Assembly (NCBI RefSeq): GCF_009914755.1
Contig: NC_060947.1
Strand: one strand, 5' to 3'
Source: the human T2T-CHM13v2.0 reference genome, Homo sapiens
Length of the DNA: 64,000 nucleotides
The translations under genes were made by a program, and so were the position numbers. Position 1 is the first letter of the stretch. The number at the start of each line of letters is the position of its first letter. Of the stretch, positions 13,133 through 27,519 are shown in pieces. Under the pieces are notes generated by a model, which was not told the DNA's origin, searched no databases, and worked only from the letters and a program-made list of their open reading frames with translations.

Positions 13133-13582
13133 TAGAATCCACTCCTCAAAACATCATCAAATATTCTAATTTTCTTCCATTTTTTTGGTCCCCGAAGTCC
13201 ACATAACCCTTTGTTTTCACCCTTCCTTTCCCCTGACACTTAAAAAAACCCACCATGAAGTCTTCAATTTTTATTCCATGAAGCAAAAAGGAACTATCTC
13301 TATTAATCAACTATTTAATAATATAATATTGATAGCAGCAGGGAGACAGACTCTGGATTAAAACTTAGCATTTGATGGAAATTTTCCTCTCCGCATGCAT
13401 TTTATCCCGTTTGGTTCACAGTTCCTCGTTGTCAACTATTTGCTCTGTATCCTACAAGGGATATTTCTGTATATCTTTGGGTCAGATTTTTCAACTTGAA
13501 AATTTTCACAATGAAGAAGAAATAATTGGATCAGCTATATAGATATAATGCAGAAATAGTAATCACAAGCTTCTCATTTTAG

Positions 13583-14335
13583 CTTAGGTTCTGCAGCAGT
13601 CTACGAGCTATATGTCATAGACCATATGCAATCTGTATGGGTACAATCCCAGGGCAGCAAAAGTAGGGGGAAAAAGGAAGTAAACCAGGACATGAGAAAA
13701 GGCAAGAAGAGTGAAGTGTCACCAGGGCTGTGCTGCAGTTGTCACCAGAGCCAATTGTGTGTATCTCTTTCCAAATCCATGTCCAGTGACATCACCTTGA
13801 TTGTTTAAAATTGGCCATGGTGGAAATATTTATGCCACGGAAATTGGCAAATACTACAAATCAGGGCTTTACTTTTGTCTAGAGAGTCAGTTTTTAAACA
13901 CTTTCCAAGCATAGCACTGGATATTACCAAGCTGGCCACAGCTTCACAAGAAAATGCAGCTGGTCTGTTCACTGGACAGACTTAATGGAGCAGTCTACCG
14001 GTGATGAGGAAGGGAGAAAAGGTTATTTGTTAGCTTCCCCATAATGCCTGTCCCACAGAGCATTAACTTTCCCAGGTCCCATACCCCAAGGTACAGCCCT
14101 CAGCTGAGTTCTGAAGTTGTGTGACAAGTCAGGGCTTGTGAGTTCAGTCTGTTTGGACACTGAAGCTGCTCAACGTTTGTGTGATAAGCCCATTCCAGAG
14201 CAGTACCCTTACTGTGAATGAGACTGAGGTATTGGGAGATGAAGCAAACAGGAGAGCAGTGGGCCTCTCAATGAAGCACTTCACCAAGGATCAGCAAGGC
14301 ATAAGAGGCCAAAAGAACGTAAGGAGGTTAATAAA
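13583..14335 (-). mobile_element. ERVL LTR (LTR33/LTR16-like) interrupted by a hAT element
   Basis: cccagggcagcaaaagtaggggg...; resumes after 13919. Confidence 0.45.
13723..13919. mobile_element. hAT-Tip100 MITE (Arthur1-like)
   Basis: Ends cagggctgtgctg / caagcatagcactg form an imperfect TIR; internal ccacggaaattggcaaatactacaaatcagggc. Confidence 0.7.
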
Positions 14336-15129
14336 TTGGGTGGGATAGATCACCTTTTACTGAGGAATATATTTTAGACAAGAATCTTCACCGAACTTTA
14401 TGCTGTCTTCAAATAATGCAAAAATAGATGATCAAAATTCTGCTTGGTTGTAGAGAAAGCAGCAGTAGGGGATTCTAAATGTTGAATGACCTTATGAAAT
14501 TGGATATGTCATATATCACTTCTGGCTTCCCATCTATCTTTTGTTTGACACACACCTGATAGTGCTTACATTTTAACATTAGCATATCCTAATTAATTGT
14601 CAAATACCAACAATTGTAATTCAGGGTTGGCTAAACAATGCAAAGAAATTACTTATTCACCTGGAAAGGTCAGCCTAATTATAATAGATAAAGGATTGTA
14701 CTGTCTCATGTCCCTAGTTAATGTCAGGTACCTGACATTCCACACGTTCAATAAAAATGCGTTAACTCTACCATGTGCCAGACATGCAAGAAATACTAAG
14801 AAAATTAGTCCAAGCCTTTACCCTTGAGGAATTCACAATCCCAATGGTGGGAGAGAAAGACATGTAAATAAATCGACTTAATGCAGAGAGATAAGGAGAA
14901 GGCATATGCTAATTTGGTGACATATTTTCTCAAATGAGATGGCAAAGCAATGCTTAATGCTCTATACAGAACATGAAATTTATTCTTGTAGGAAGGTATT
15001 ATGATTGCTTAGCAATTTTGGAAATGGTATTCTCATCCATTTCTTGCAGGGCCTGTACTGCACAGGGAAACACTGGAGCTCAGATGCTGAAGTGCACTCT
15101 GGAGCCAACCACATTTCATAGAGTCTGAT

Positions 15130-15322
15130 TGCATATGCAAACAGAACCATTTATTTTGTGCCAAAAACAAGCACTTTCCATGTGTGCACTCAGATTCCTC
15201 ATAGGCCCCCATGTGTAGGTACTATTATCATTCCTATTTTACAGATGAGGAAACTAAACTTTAAGAAAGAAATGTATGGAAGGTCACATGGTAAGTGGCA
15301 CAGTGAGTATTTGAACGCAGAT
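15130..15322 (-). mobile_element. MIR
   Basis: gtaggtactattatcattcctattttacagatgaggaaact...aggtcacatggtaagtggc. Confidence 0.8.
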
Positions 15323-15562
15323 CATATTACTCCAAAGTCCACGTGGTCTGGAGTTCAGCTGCCTATTAGTGAACTCTTATTGATCTGTGATGAGATAAGA
15401 AGCTTGTGCCACCATGTAAATCAACTATGTCAGTAAGCACATTATTTAATTCATCTAACTTTTTTTGATATGAAGATCTTCTTGATAAGGTAAGCAGTGC
15501 ACTGATTTACATTCTGATGCAAGCTTCTTATCTTGTCATGAATCAGCACTTTGCATAGTATT
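15323..15562. mobile_element. hAT-Charlie MITE with long inverted arms (Charlie4/MER119-like)
   Basis: 15381-15423 vs reverse complement of 15503-15545: about 33/43 identity, including agataagaagcttg and atgtaaatca. Confidence 0.7.
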
Positions 15563-16019
15563 ATAAGACTCCTAGAAAAACAGCATCTTACATTACTGTA
15601 GAGCTTTTCTTCTTTCATATTTATGGAAGAAGAGTATTAAAGTGCACTTGTCTTGAGACAGAAGTAACTCAGAGGACCTCAGCTGCCACTGTAGGGAGTC
15701 TGTTCCAAATTTCCATACCTGCTAGTCTTGTTTATTTTTCTTCCTGCCTCTGAAGGAAATACACATTTTAGAGGGAATTGCCAGCCTTAAAATTGGCCTG
15801 GGGAGTTTTTTTGTAATGGTATTATTGGCCAAGCTCCTGAATACTTTATCACTATGATCCACCTTCCTGGCTGCTTCAGTGCCCAGGACAACAGAGGTGG
15901 TCTGGACCAGCTCTCCCTCTCTGTTGGCACCTGCTAGCATCCATTCCTATACTCAGGAGGTTAATTTTTCCTTTCCTCACATGATTTTCTGCCCTCAATT
16001 AAGAAGACATATTTCTAAA

Positions 16020-16466
16020 CCTACACCTACTCTGTGATCCAGTAATTCCAAGAGAAATGAGTGTAAATGCCCAGGAAAGACACTTATAAGAAGGTTTATA
16101 ACAACTTTATTAATAATAGCCCCAAACAGGAAACAACCCAAATGTCCATTAACTGGAGAATGGATATATAAATGGTGGTATTTTAAACACATTCGTACAA
16201 TGGACTAATATATAGCAATTATAAAGAACAAATTACTGATACGTACACAACATGGATGAATCTCACAGACATAATTAATGCAAGAAGCCATACACAGAAT
16301 ACATATTTTATGATTCTGTTTATATAAAGTTAAAGAATAGGCAAACTGGTCTGTAGTGATAGAAGTTAGAACAGTGGTTACTTTTGGGATGTGTATGTAT
16401 GGTGGGTACAGATTGGTAGGAACCAAAAAGCCTTCTGGAGGGCTAGAAATGTTCTGTATCTTGATC
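16020..16466 (+). mobile_element. Old L1M (L1MC/ME) 3' region
   Basis: aaacaacccaaatgtccatt...acaacatggatgaatctcacagacataat...aaatgttctgtatcttgatc. Confidence 0.8.
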
Positions 16467-16832
16467 CGAAAACTTCGATGAAAAGAAACCTTTTTAAAAA
16501 AGTACCCATGGAGAATAAATATTTAAAGGATTTTTGAGTTCAGTTAAACTCAAAATGTACACATCAATTGATTCAGCAATTCTGCTTCTAGAAATTTCTC
16601 CTAAATAGCCATGATTGTGCACAAAGATACAACATCAACATATTCGCAGAGCCCTGTTTATAATTGGAAAAAATTGGAAATAACCTAAATTTTCCACAAT
16701 AGGGACTTGGTTAAGGTAATTATGATATGGTCATATAATGAACTACTAGAAAGAAATACAAGTTGAAATTGTAGAGAATATTCAGTGTCATGAAAAATGT
16801 TAGCAATATCATGTTGAGTGAAAAGTGGTAGG

Positions 16833-18266
<1,434 letters not shown>

Positions 18267-19469
18267 CCTTTGATAATGAGGTAAGAATATGGGGAAATCT
18301 TTTTGAACTTTCAAAAAAAAGTTGGACGAATACAAGGAACATATTCTTAATTACTTATGTGAGAAAAAAAGAGAATACTAAATATAGTTAAAATTTACAA
18401 GTATTTAGTTATGTGGTTGATAAAAGTCCTTGAAAAATACAGATCTGTTTTCCTTTTCTGATAAGTTCATGTACAGATACTGATTGCCATGAATGACCGA
18501 TTTCCAAATGAAAAGGACCAGATAATTGTGTTTGTTCTCTTCTATTTGCCTGTTTTCGTTTTTGTTTTGTCCAGTAGGAACTTGGTTCTTCATGTTTTTC
18601 AAAACAAAATGTAAAAAATGAAACAGATTACAAATATGGAAACTAGAAGGAAAAGAAACTAAAAAGAAAAAAAAAAAGATAGAAAACACTGCCACCTGAG
18701 GCTCCAGAGGTGCAAATTTGAGGATGAGAAAGATGCTAAAAGATCTCAATAAAAATCCAAATTCAATGATTTGCTGTTGGATTATCACGTGACCCAATAG
18801 CTTTTCCCATTCTACTGCCAAGTAGGATACCTGTCTTCTAATAAGGACCCTAAAATATTTCTCTGCTCTTAGAAGTTCATAATAAATCATTATCAAACCA
18901 CCCATTTCCATTTAGATGACTCCTACCTTAAAATGATGAACTGCTATATAGAGCAAATGCTGACATTTTGGAAGATGAGTGTATTATTTACTTGGTGCTC
19001 CCTTATCTTTATCTATTGTGTGGAGATTTAAATAACTCTGACACTTGTAGTCATTAATTCTCTTAGAATCAAGTTTTTCTTAAGAAACTCTGCTGTGTTT
19101 TGGAGAAAACATCACTCAGTATTTGGTCTGCCACTCAAAGCCAAGCTGGCTCAAAGCTTATCATCTCCTACCCCTCAGCTACACAGGGCCAAAGGACTTG
19201 GAGCAGGGCCTGTTGGCCCAAATCCAGTTGAAAGAAAATATGCCTCACCTCACTCAAAAAAGTTAAGTAACCCCAGCTCATCTTTGATTCTTTCCAGCCT
19301 TTCTTATTTCCTACTCTTTTACTCCTTCCTCCCACACAATGGCCTCCTAATCTTTCACTCATTCCTGCCATTCAAACAAGAAAGGTTCTAAAATCATATG
19401 TTTATTGTTGACCAATTATGTTTCAGAATAAACAAGATTTCATCCGGCTAAAAAAAAAAAAGAAGGAAA
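18267..19469 (+). other. L1 3'-transduced unique DNA with AATAAA (19427-19432) and second poly(A) (19450-19469)
   Basis: Lies between the L1 poly(A) and a second A tract; whole unit flanked by identical gaaaagtggtagg at 16820-16832 and 19470-19482. Confidence 0.85.
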
Positions 19470-21051
19470 GAAAAGTGGTAGGTTGCAAAGTGGCATGTAA
19501 AATATACATCTAGTTTTACTTTAAAAGTTTGCACATACACATACATTGTACGCATATAAAATTTAAAGTGCATGTTATGAATATATGTTTATATTGTCTA
19601 CAGAAAAACTGGAAGTAGATCTGTCTGCATGTTAAACTCAGGGGTTATAGTATGCATCATGATTAATTTTAATCTTTGGGCTTTTTGAATTTTTCACATA
19701 TTTTCAACAATGAACATTTGTTACTTATGTTATCAGAAAAACATTAAAAATAAGGTCTGTAGGCTTCTAGCAATGTGAAAATGTAAATGAGGTTATTAGA
19801 CAAAAACAAATTGCATTATTATTTGTGACAAAATATAAATTCATCAGCCAAATTTCAAATGGTTGAATTAAACCACTCTGAAACCAGTGATTATATCCTG
19901 AGTGACCTCACAGTAGAATATCTTCACCAGTTTTTAATAATAATAAATATATAGCCTGGTGTCAGTAACTCTCCATTATAGGAACCTTGTGCTGAATCAA
20001 ACACATACTTGAAAAACATCCATGATCCTCCAGTTGCCATCACTTAGTAAACTTCTTGATGGAGTAAAAAAAAATGATCACAACTCAGTTTTAAACCAGG
20101 ATTTTTTTCTTTTGTCATTTTTACCTCAAATAAGTTGTCAATTACATTGAAGGGAAATTTCACTGCTCTGAAGTTGCACAAAACAGAGGTTTGCTGGTAT
20201 CAGGAGTTAGGAGTCTGTATTGTCAATTCCTTCCATTCATCACTGAATGCTTACACACCTTAAGAGAGATACCTTTTTTTTCTTTTAAGAAAAAAAAATG
20301 GGTATAGGGATATCAGCTCTAGCAACATCAAGTTCCCTGACAGTGTATTTTAACAACTCCAACTTAATTTTCATTGATGCCACAGCATCCTGAAGTTATC
20401 AGATAAAACCATGCCTATGTGCTTTGTTACAAAACCCCTATGAGGGATAGCTGTAGGCAGTTGAAATTTTTTCCAGTGGGAGAAAATTAACTATGGTAAC
20501 TATTTTTATCTACTAACATTATAATTTCATGTTGGCTAAAGCTGCCTATAGCTTTATTGGTAATAGTCAGCTATTAAGGGAATCGTTGAGAATACTCTTT
20601 TAGAAGCCCCAATCTCTGTTCTTCCTTTGCCCTCTAAGTAGTCATTAAAAGAAAATTACACAGGCATAGTAAACCAGTTAAAATTTTCAGAGCTTTTTGA
20701 GCCATTGCTTTAGCTGCTGGTGGGTGATTTGTTTTAATGTATGTCACCTTTTCTTTTTAATTTTACACAACACTTTCTAGACTGTACACACCCAAAAAAA
20801 TCCATAACATTGTGATCATTATACTATATTGTGTACTCTACCCTTTAAAGAAAAAATAGACCAAGGATCGCCTAGCTAGCTGCTGTTTTTGTTTTTTGTT
20901 TTTTCCCCCCACTCAAAGCCTCTGGGTTGGGCTTTGGGGTGATAAGTGTGGGGGCCTAACTTGATAATTGAAGCTATCTGGGCTGGAGACAATGAGAAGG
21001 AATGTGTGGAGGCTACTACTGGCTATCCTACCCTCCCCACACAGGTCTGTG

Positions 21052-21053
<2 letters not shown>

Positions 21054-21090
<37 letters not shown>
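21054..21090. repeat. (TG)n microsatellite, about 18 units
   Basis: Uninterrupted gtgtgt run. Confidence 0.97.
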
Positions 21091-21091
<1 letters not shown>

Positions 21092-21267
21092 ATGCGCATA
21101 TTGTGCATGTTTATGTGTTGGTGAGAATGGGGTGGGGGGACAATGATAAAGGTCTACCAGAAAAGGCTTTGAGATCAATTGGCAGATTGTGATGATTATA
21201 CTAGAAACTCTGGTCTACCAAAAAATATCTAAATCGGGGGCCAGCAAACATTGTCTGAGAAGAGCTA

Positions 21268-21378
21268 TTTATTAGTTTCCTAGGGCCGTTATTAACAAAC
21301 GACCACAAACGTGGTGGTTTAAAACAACAGAAATTTATTTTCCCACAGTTCTGGAGACCATTAAGTCAAAAATCAAAT
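21268..21378 (-). mobile_element. MLT1C/D LTR fragment (truncated)
   Basis: tattagtttcctagggccg...aaacaacagaaatttattttcccacagttctggag. Confidence 0.75.
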
Positions 21379-22316
21379 TCAAACTGCTAGAAAATTTTAA
21401 TTGAACAACATTAAGTTAATATATGATGTAACTTTGTTGAAACATACATCTTATTTGTAAAGATGCACTCAGATGTTTTGTAGTATGCTATTGTTCAACA
21501 TGATTTTATTTTACTTTATTTTAAAGATAGTGGGCCTTGACTTGAGTCCTAGTCATTATCATTAATGCTAAGTTTCCTTTTTCACAACAAATGTGTTTAC
21601 AATAATCAGTTCTGTACCATTTTAAGCTAATTAATAGTAAAAAACAAAATACAGTTATGTAAAAAGGCAACTTAACAATTATTTATTGCATATTTACTGT
21701 TATAGTTACTGAAAATAAATCCTTTGTTGAGTACAAAAAAATGAAATAATCACATCCCAACTGACCATAGGGCAACAATGGTGATTATCATTAGGATACC
21801 TTTTGAGTTTGTTCTACCTGTGCTAGAGAGAGCCATGCAAGGACTCAAGTCTCCTGAGGATTTTCTAATAACTCTACTGGAAAACATTTTCATGGACACA
21901 CACTCTGACATTACTGGGTAAAAACATATCATTTTTGCCTTAAGTCCTCTTTGGTACATTTCTCTTTAGCCCATGACAATTAAAGTAGTATATTACTAAT
22001 CTTTACTACGATAATTTGATTATATCAAACAACTTTCAACTTACTAAATAAATTACAAAGCAAGTCTTATTCCATGAAAGTGTTATACATGTAAATTATA
22101 ACTGCAAGAGATAAGTTCTGGCCTTTTCACTGTTAAACAAGAGCACAGTGTGGTCAGAAGATGGGTCCCATTTTGATGTAGGAATTCCAACCTGGAAACA
22201 GATCTGCTTATCAGCCAGCATGTTAAGAGTTAAATATAGTCACTTCTAGTACCAGTGTGATTAGGGACACAAATGCAAATACGGACTGGGCTCATTTATA
22301 ATGTAATCCTACAGAT

Positions 22317-22543
22317 CAGTGGTCAGTAAATATTTTCTATAAGGGGCCAGAGAATAAATATTTTCCACTTGGTGGGCAAAAGTGTGTCTGTTGCAACTAC
22401 TCAATTCTGAAAACGTAGTGCAAACACAGTCGCACACAATATGTGTATGAATGAATGAGTATGATTGTGTTCTAATAAAACTTTGTTTACAAAACCAACC
22501 ACATCCAGGATTTGGCCCATGGCCTGTAATTGACTAACCCCTG
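22317..22543. mobile_element. MER58A (hAT-Charlie)
   Basis: cagtggtcagtaaa...ctaacccctg TIRs; 8-bp TSD-like ctacagat / atatagat. Confidence 0.85.
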
Positions 22544-22719
22544 ATATAGATGATACAGAATGCATTTATATTGCTTTTACAGATGATACTAGAATTGAAA
22601 ACACACAAATGATTCTTAGGGACCCCAGAGAATATATCTCTGCTAAAGAATTTACTTAATTTTAATATAGTATTTCAAAGTTTCCAATAGTGCTGTGAAT
22701 AAACTCTGTAATTTTTTTT

Positions 22720-23050
22720 GTTAATTACCACATTTTCTAACTGGTTTTGGCTAGTTTAAAGCAAAGCTATTGATTGGTGTATGTTAATCTTACATCTAGC
22801 TTACTTACTGAACTCTAATGTTATATTAGGGTTTGAGTTGATTGAATTGGCCTTTCTAGGTGAATAATGATATAAACTGTGAATTACGACAGTTTCTTAT
22901 ATTCATACATCTTATTTATTTTTTCTTGTCTAAATGCACTGGCTAGGACCCCCAGAATAATGTTGATTGAGCAGTGAAAACAACCAAACTTATCTTGCTC
23001 CTTTTCTTGTTGTGTTTTGCTTAGGTTTTTTCCCATTTTAAGTGACTTTA
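22720..23050 (-). mobile_element. Old L1M ORF2 fragment
   Basis: ttcttgtctaaatgcactggctaggacc...ataatgttga, antisense L1 RT region. Confidence 0.7.
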
Positions 23051-23444
23051 TTACACTTTTCAAAAATTCTTTCACTTCTGCTTTTGATATGAAGCAGGCA
23101 TAAGAGGCCCACATTTGTCTGGCCTTTGGATTCGAGCCCTAACGCCAGTGACTGTGGCTTATTAAAAATACTGGCACTGAACTACTTAATTTGCTGAAGG
23201 GCATATAGAATTTTTAGGCTAAACATAAAATATGAAAAACTCGTTTTTATACAAATCACTAGCAAGGGGTTTGGGGTTTGGCTCAAATAAATCATTAGGG
23301 ACCATTAGATGATGAGTCAATCAGCACGGCCATCCAGAATGGTCGCCTTTTGGGTTCTCAGTCAGACAGTACTTTAATTTCACAACCAACCCACATTGTA
23401 GATGGGGTTTCTTCTGCAAACTTAAGTGCCAATTATTAAAGTAT

Positions 23445-24078
23445 TGTTATCCAGCTCCAAACTTGCCCTTCTGTTTCCTGCTCTGTGATGCTAGGGCTTG
23501 AACTCTGCACCACACATTTCTACTTTGCCAGCTGCAGCCTCTTTGGCTCTGTCACTAGCGGTCGCCAGAAGCTGATCGTTAGTCCAGATAAGGGAGAGAG
23601 CCTTGGTTTTTCCTGTCCACTTACTGTTTGCTTCCCATGGGCTTCCCGTTGGATTCCTGTTTCATATTGCCATCAACCCAGCCTCACATCTTTACTCTGG
23701 CAGTGGCCAGGCCGTCCTTTAACAGCACCTGAAGTCAGTTTTCACTTTTTCAACACATTCAGAGTCAGCCTTATTTTGCTCCACCACCACCCTGAGACAC
23801 CAGCAACCACCAGGCAGTGTGCCTTTCTCAGGGCTCGGAGTTCTAACTCCATGGGCCCCTTCTCTCCCAGACTTCTAAAATGGTACAATCCTAACCTCTT
23901 CTCTTTGTTCCTTCAGAGATAACAGCTGCTTCCCGCAACTACAGTACCTTAGCGTTTTCTCTTTTAACCTTTTCAGTTGTGTAGTTAACACTATACCTAG
24001 TTAACAATTCTTCATATTAAATTCTCTCTGTTAAAATTACTGGTGTGATTTCTGTCTCTTGATTGATGCTTATCTACA
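23445..24078 (+). mobile_element. ERVL LTR41-like solo LTR
   Basis: ctgctctgtgatgctagggcttgaactctgc...catttctactttgccagctgc...; 3' attaaattctctctgttaaaattactggtgtgatttctgtctc. Confidence 0.65.
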
Positions 24079-24273
24079 GAAAAAGACTTCCTAACGGGTC
24101 GTGTGGATTCCTGTTAGCTCTAATGCAAGCAGGCTTTTCCTAACATTGCCCCTCTTTTTGAGGATCCTTTTACTTTTTTGAGAACAAAAGGCTATAGCTG
24201 AGGATTACAAGTTACCCATGATTAAGACACATACATACATATATATATACACACACATATATATTTATATATA

Positions 24274-24572
24274 CAGGCGGTCCTTGGCTTACTATTTTTC
24301 GACTTTATAATGGTGAGAAAGTAATAGACATTCAGTAGAAACCATACCTTTAATTTTGAATTTTGATCTTTTCCCTGGCTCACAATAAGTGGTAGGATTC
24401 GTTCTTGCAATGTTGGGCAGTTCCCAGTCAGCCATGTGATCACAAGGATAAACAACCATGAGATAGTCAACACTTTATTATAAAATAAGCTTTGTGTTAG
24501 ATGATTTTGTCCAAACATAGGCTACTGTAAGTGTTATGGGACATAACCCCATCATAAATCGAGGAGTATCTG
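24274..24572. mobile_element. MER47/Tigger5-derived MITE (TcMar-Tigger)
   Basis: TIRs caggcggtccttggcttac / ataaatcgaggagtatctg; TA on both sides. Confidence 0.8.
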
Positions 24573-25789
24573 TATATACATACATATCTTCTTTTTAAAA
24601 ATTAGTTTCACTTATACCAGGTTCTTTCTATTGCTTTTACGACTTTTCTGCCTTCTAGAGACCTGAAACTCATGATATTTTATGATGTGCCACTTTTAAC
24701 AGCAATTGGAAACCAAAACCAGTTTGGGGGCCAAAAATTATCAGTATTTAGAGTATGAAACTCAAAGACCACGTTCACTGAAGTAAGTTTTGTCCACCAG
24801 AGAATGTTATTTGAGGAGAGAGGCAAAAATGAAGATTTGGGACAGAACACATTATATTAATGATGAAGAAGGCAAAATGTGGGAAGTGAAAGATTTCTTT
24901 TACTCTGTGGAAGAGATCTTATATATATCATTGTCAACATATCTAATAATATATTTAACCTCTGTGTGAAAAAGAAATTATTTTTCTCCCATGGGATCAA
25001 GAGTGTGGAGAAGTCATTGAAAACTTTTTAATTATGGTGGGTGAGAGTGAAGCATCACCACCTTGGTGTCTGTTCCTAACTTGCCTCAGGCACCATAGCA
25101 CAGGATGAAATTTGAAAGTAATAAACTTAACAGTTCTAAATACTTGGCATTGACAGCAGTCAATACATATAATAAGTTTACATTTCTGTAGGAAGCCCAG
25201 CATACATTTAAGCTGATGATGGAAGGGGAATTCCCTTTCCCTGTTCACTGATATAACATCTGACCCTATCAACCTGGTATCTCCTAATTTTCAATGTCAT
25301 AAAGCCTTTAGATGTAAAGGTGGGAGGACTTAGAAAATCAAACAACCTATCCCACCTCCATGAACTGAAGTAAATAACACAATTTAATTTGTATTTGTTA
25401 GTTAGTGGTTCACTCAATTCAACAAGCCTTCTAGACAGATAGACATATATATAGATATGTGTGTGTGTACAAAATTTCTGTCTTCTTTCTGTCCATTCAT
25501 CAATCCATCCATCTATCCATCCCAGACAATGAGCTAGGCACTGAAGAGCCAAGAAACAAGCAAAAAAACTGGTAGCTGTCTTTATCCCTTTGTTCCCTTC
25601 CTCACATTTTGCATGCAATTTCAGGAATAAGAGGGAGAGTAAATTCTGAATGGAAACACAAATATTTTACACAAAGTGTTTCAGAGCATTCTATTTCCTG
25701 TTTTAAGAGCCACTGTTTAAAGTTCAGGTGAAAGAACAAAAAGGACTTGATTCGCTTTCAAACTTCATGATGTTCCACCCCTCAAAACC

Positions 25790-26075
25790 TTTAGCTCATG
25801 CTTTTAATTGTGCCTAGAATAATCTTCTATGAACCACTGATTTGCCTGGCTAACAGTTATTCATGTCCCAAGATTCTGTCCACCCTGAGTCCCTCTCCTG
25901 TGCTGCAATGGTCCTCTCTTATAGCACATTTCACCTAATATTAGAATCATTATTTAAGTGTTCTTTCTCTACCTGTAGATGAAGGCAACGACCTTGTCTG
26001 ACTTGATTTTATGTCTCCTGTGCTTCTCTCAACACTTGGCACATAATAGGTGCCCAATATATATTTGCTGTTTGG
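25790..26075 (+). mobile_element. L2 3' end
   Basis: aacacttggcacataataggtgcccaatatatatttgctg. Confidence 0.6.
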
Positions 26076-27065
26076 AACAAGCTTGCTGGCAAGTTGGAGA
26101 TCAAGACATGCAAACATGAGAATGTCATCAGAATTTTCTGCCTGTTCTTCTGTTTTATATACATGTGCCCTCTTTCCTTATCTGGATTTAAAAGTACTTG
26201 AGTGGCAGAGCCTACATGTAATATTTGATGTATTCAATTTCTTCCTTCTGTGTCTCTTGCCAGTATCTAGAAAGACACTGAACAAATTTGTGGACTGCAT
26301 TTTTTAAATGAGACCACCTGGTTGTAAATGTTTTCTTTTCCCAATCATATCCACAGTTGAATACTTTTATTGCCTTAAAGCAAATACCTTTCATTGTATA
26401 ATGAAACAGACTGTTCAAGGCTCTTTCTCACTCAGTGGTCCAAGCCTTTATTCATACTCAGTTTTGAATTTCAACAGGTTCCCAGAAACAACTGCCAATG
26501 TTCCCTCCTGGGATATAGCAATCCTTCAGTGCAGTTTGAAACTGCCAACGTGTGCATGGAGCAGGCTCTTTAGTGTTGAAAAAGTTAGAAATAGAAATGC
26601 AATGAGCTGAGTTCAATCAACATTTCTAACTTTTATGTATAATAATGAGTTCATAAGAACTCATATAGTTCCTTTGGCTGCAGGTGGTTTTTCTCCTACA
26701 TTTTCTTCTCTCAAATTAGCATCACCAGCCAGTACTTTCACAGAAGAGGAAAGGGATAGAAATCCAGCAGCCAGAACAGAATAAATAAGAGCAAGGAGTG
26801 TCTCAAGGGGGAAAGTGGAAACATGGTGACTCAGTGGCCTCCTTTCTGCTTGTTAACAGGCTATACAGCAAGCAGGTGGCATAGTCTCACAGGAAACATT
26901 TATTGTCAGATGCTCATCTACAAATTCAAGGCAAACCATTTCTACCCCTACTTATATCCCAGAGGGTAGGAAGCAGGTGTAACACACAGCTTTGAATACC
27001 AGTGTAGGTCATATAAATTTAATGTATAGTAAAATTGCTTAGAAATAGATTTGGCTATTCTACTC

Positions 27066-27419
27066 ATATTAGCCTGTTCTCACGCTGCTATGAAGAAATA
27101 CCCGAGATTGGGTAATTTATAAAGGAAAGAGGTTTAATTGACTCACAGTTCCACATGGCTGGGGAGGCCTCAGGAAACTTACAACCACGGCAGAAGGCAC
27201 CACCTCACAGGGCGGCAGGGAAGAGAATAAGAGCAGAGGGAAAGGGGGAAGCCTCTTATAAAACCATCAGATCTCGTGAGAACTCACTCACTATCACAAG
27301 AACAGTATGAGGGAAACCACCCCCCATAATTCAATTATTTCCACCTGGTCCTGCTGTTGACATGTGGGGATTATTACAATTCAAGTTGAGATTTTGGGTG
27401 GGGACACAGCCAAACAGTA
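27066..27419 (-). mobile_element. THE1D/MSTA-type MaLR solo LTR
   Basis: tattagcctgttctcacgctgctatgaagaaatacccgag...gggtggggacacagccaaac. Confidence 0.9.
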
Positions 27420-27519
27420 GTCCTTTGCTACTGGTGTAAAGAAGATAATAAGAATGTAATGCTTAAGAAAAATATTTTGGTGATTTATAAGAACATAGTA
27501 GCTTTATTTTGTCTTGAAA

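Noticed and set aside
18405-18911. 168-aa minus-strand ORF in the transduced DNA
   Set aside because: F/L/I-rich product of A/T runs with no recognisable domain; antisense to the transduction direction
21815-21925. Possible exon (tgtgctAG...actgg|GTAAAA)
   Set aside because: Weak splice signals and no coding signature; not distinguishable from chance
23485-23922. 145-aa ORF
   Set aside because: Lies entirely within the LTR41-like element
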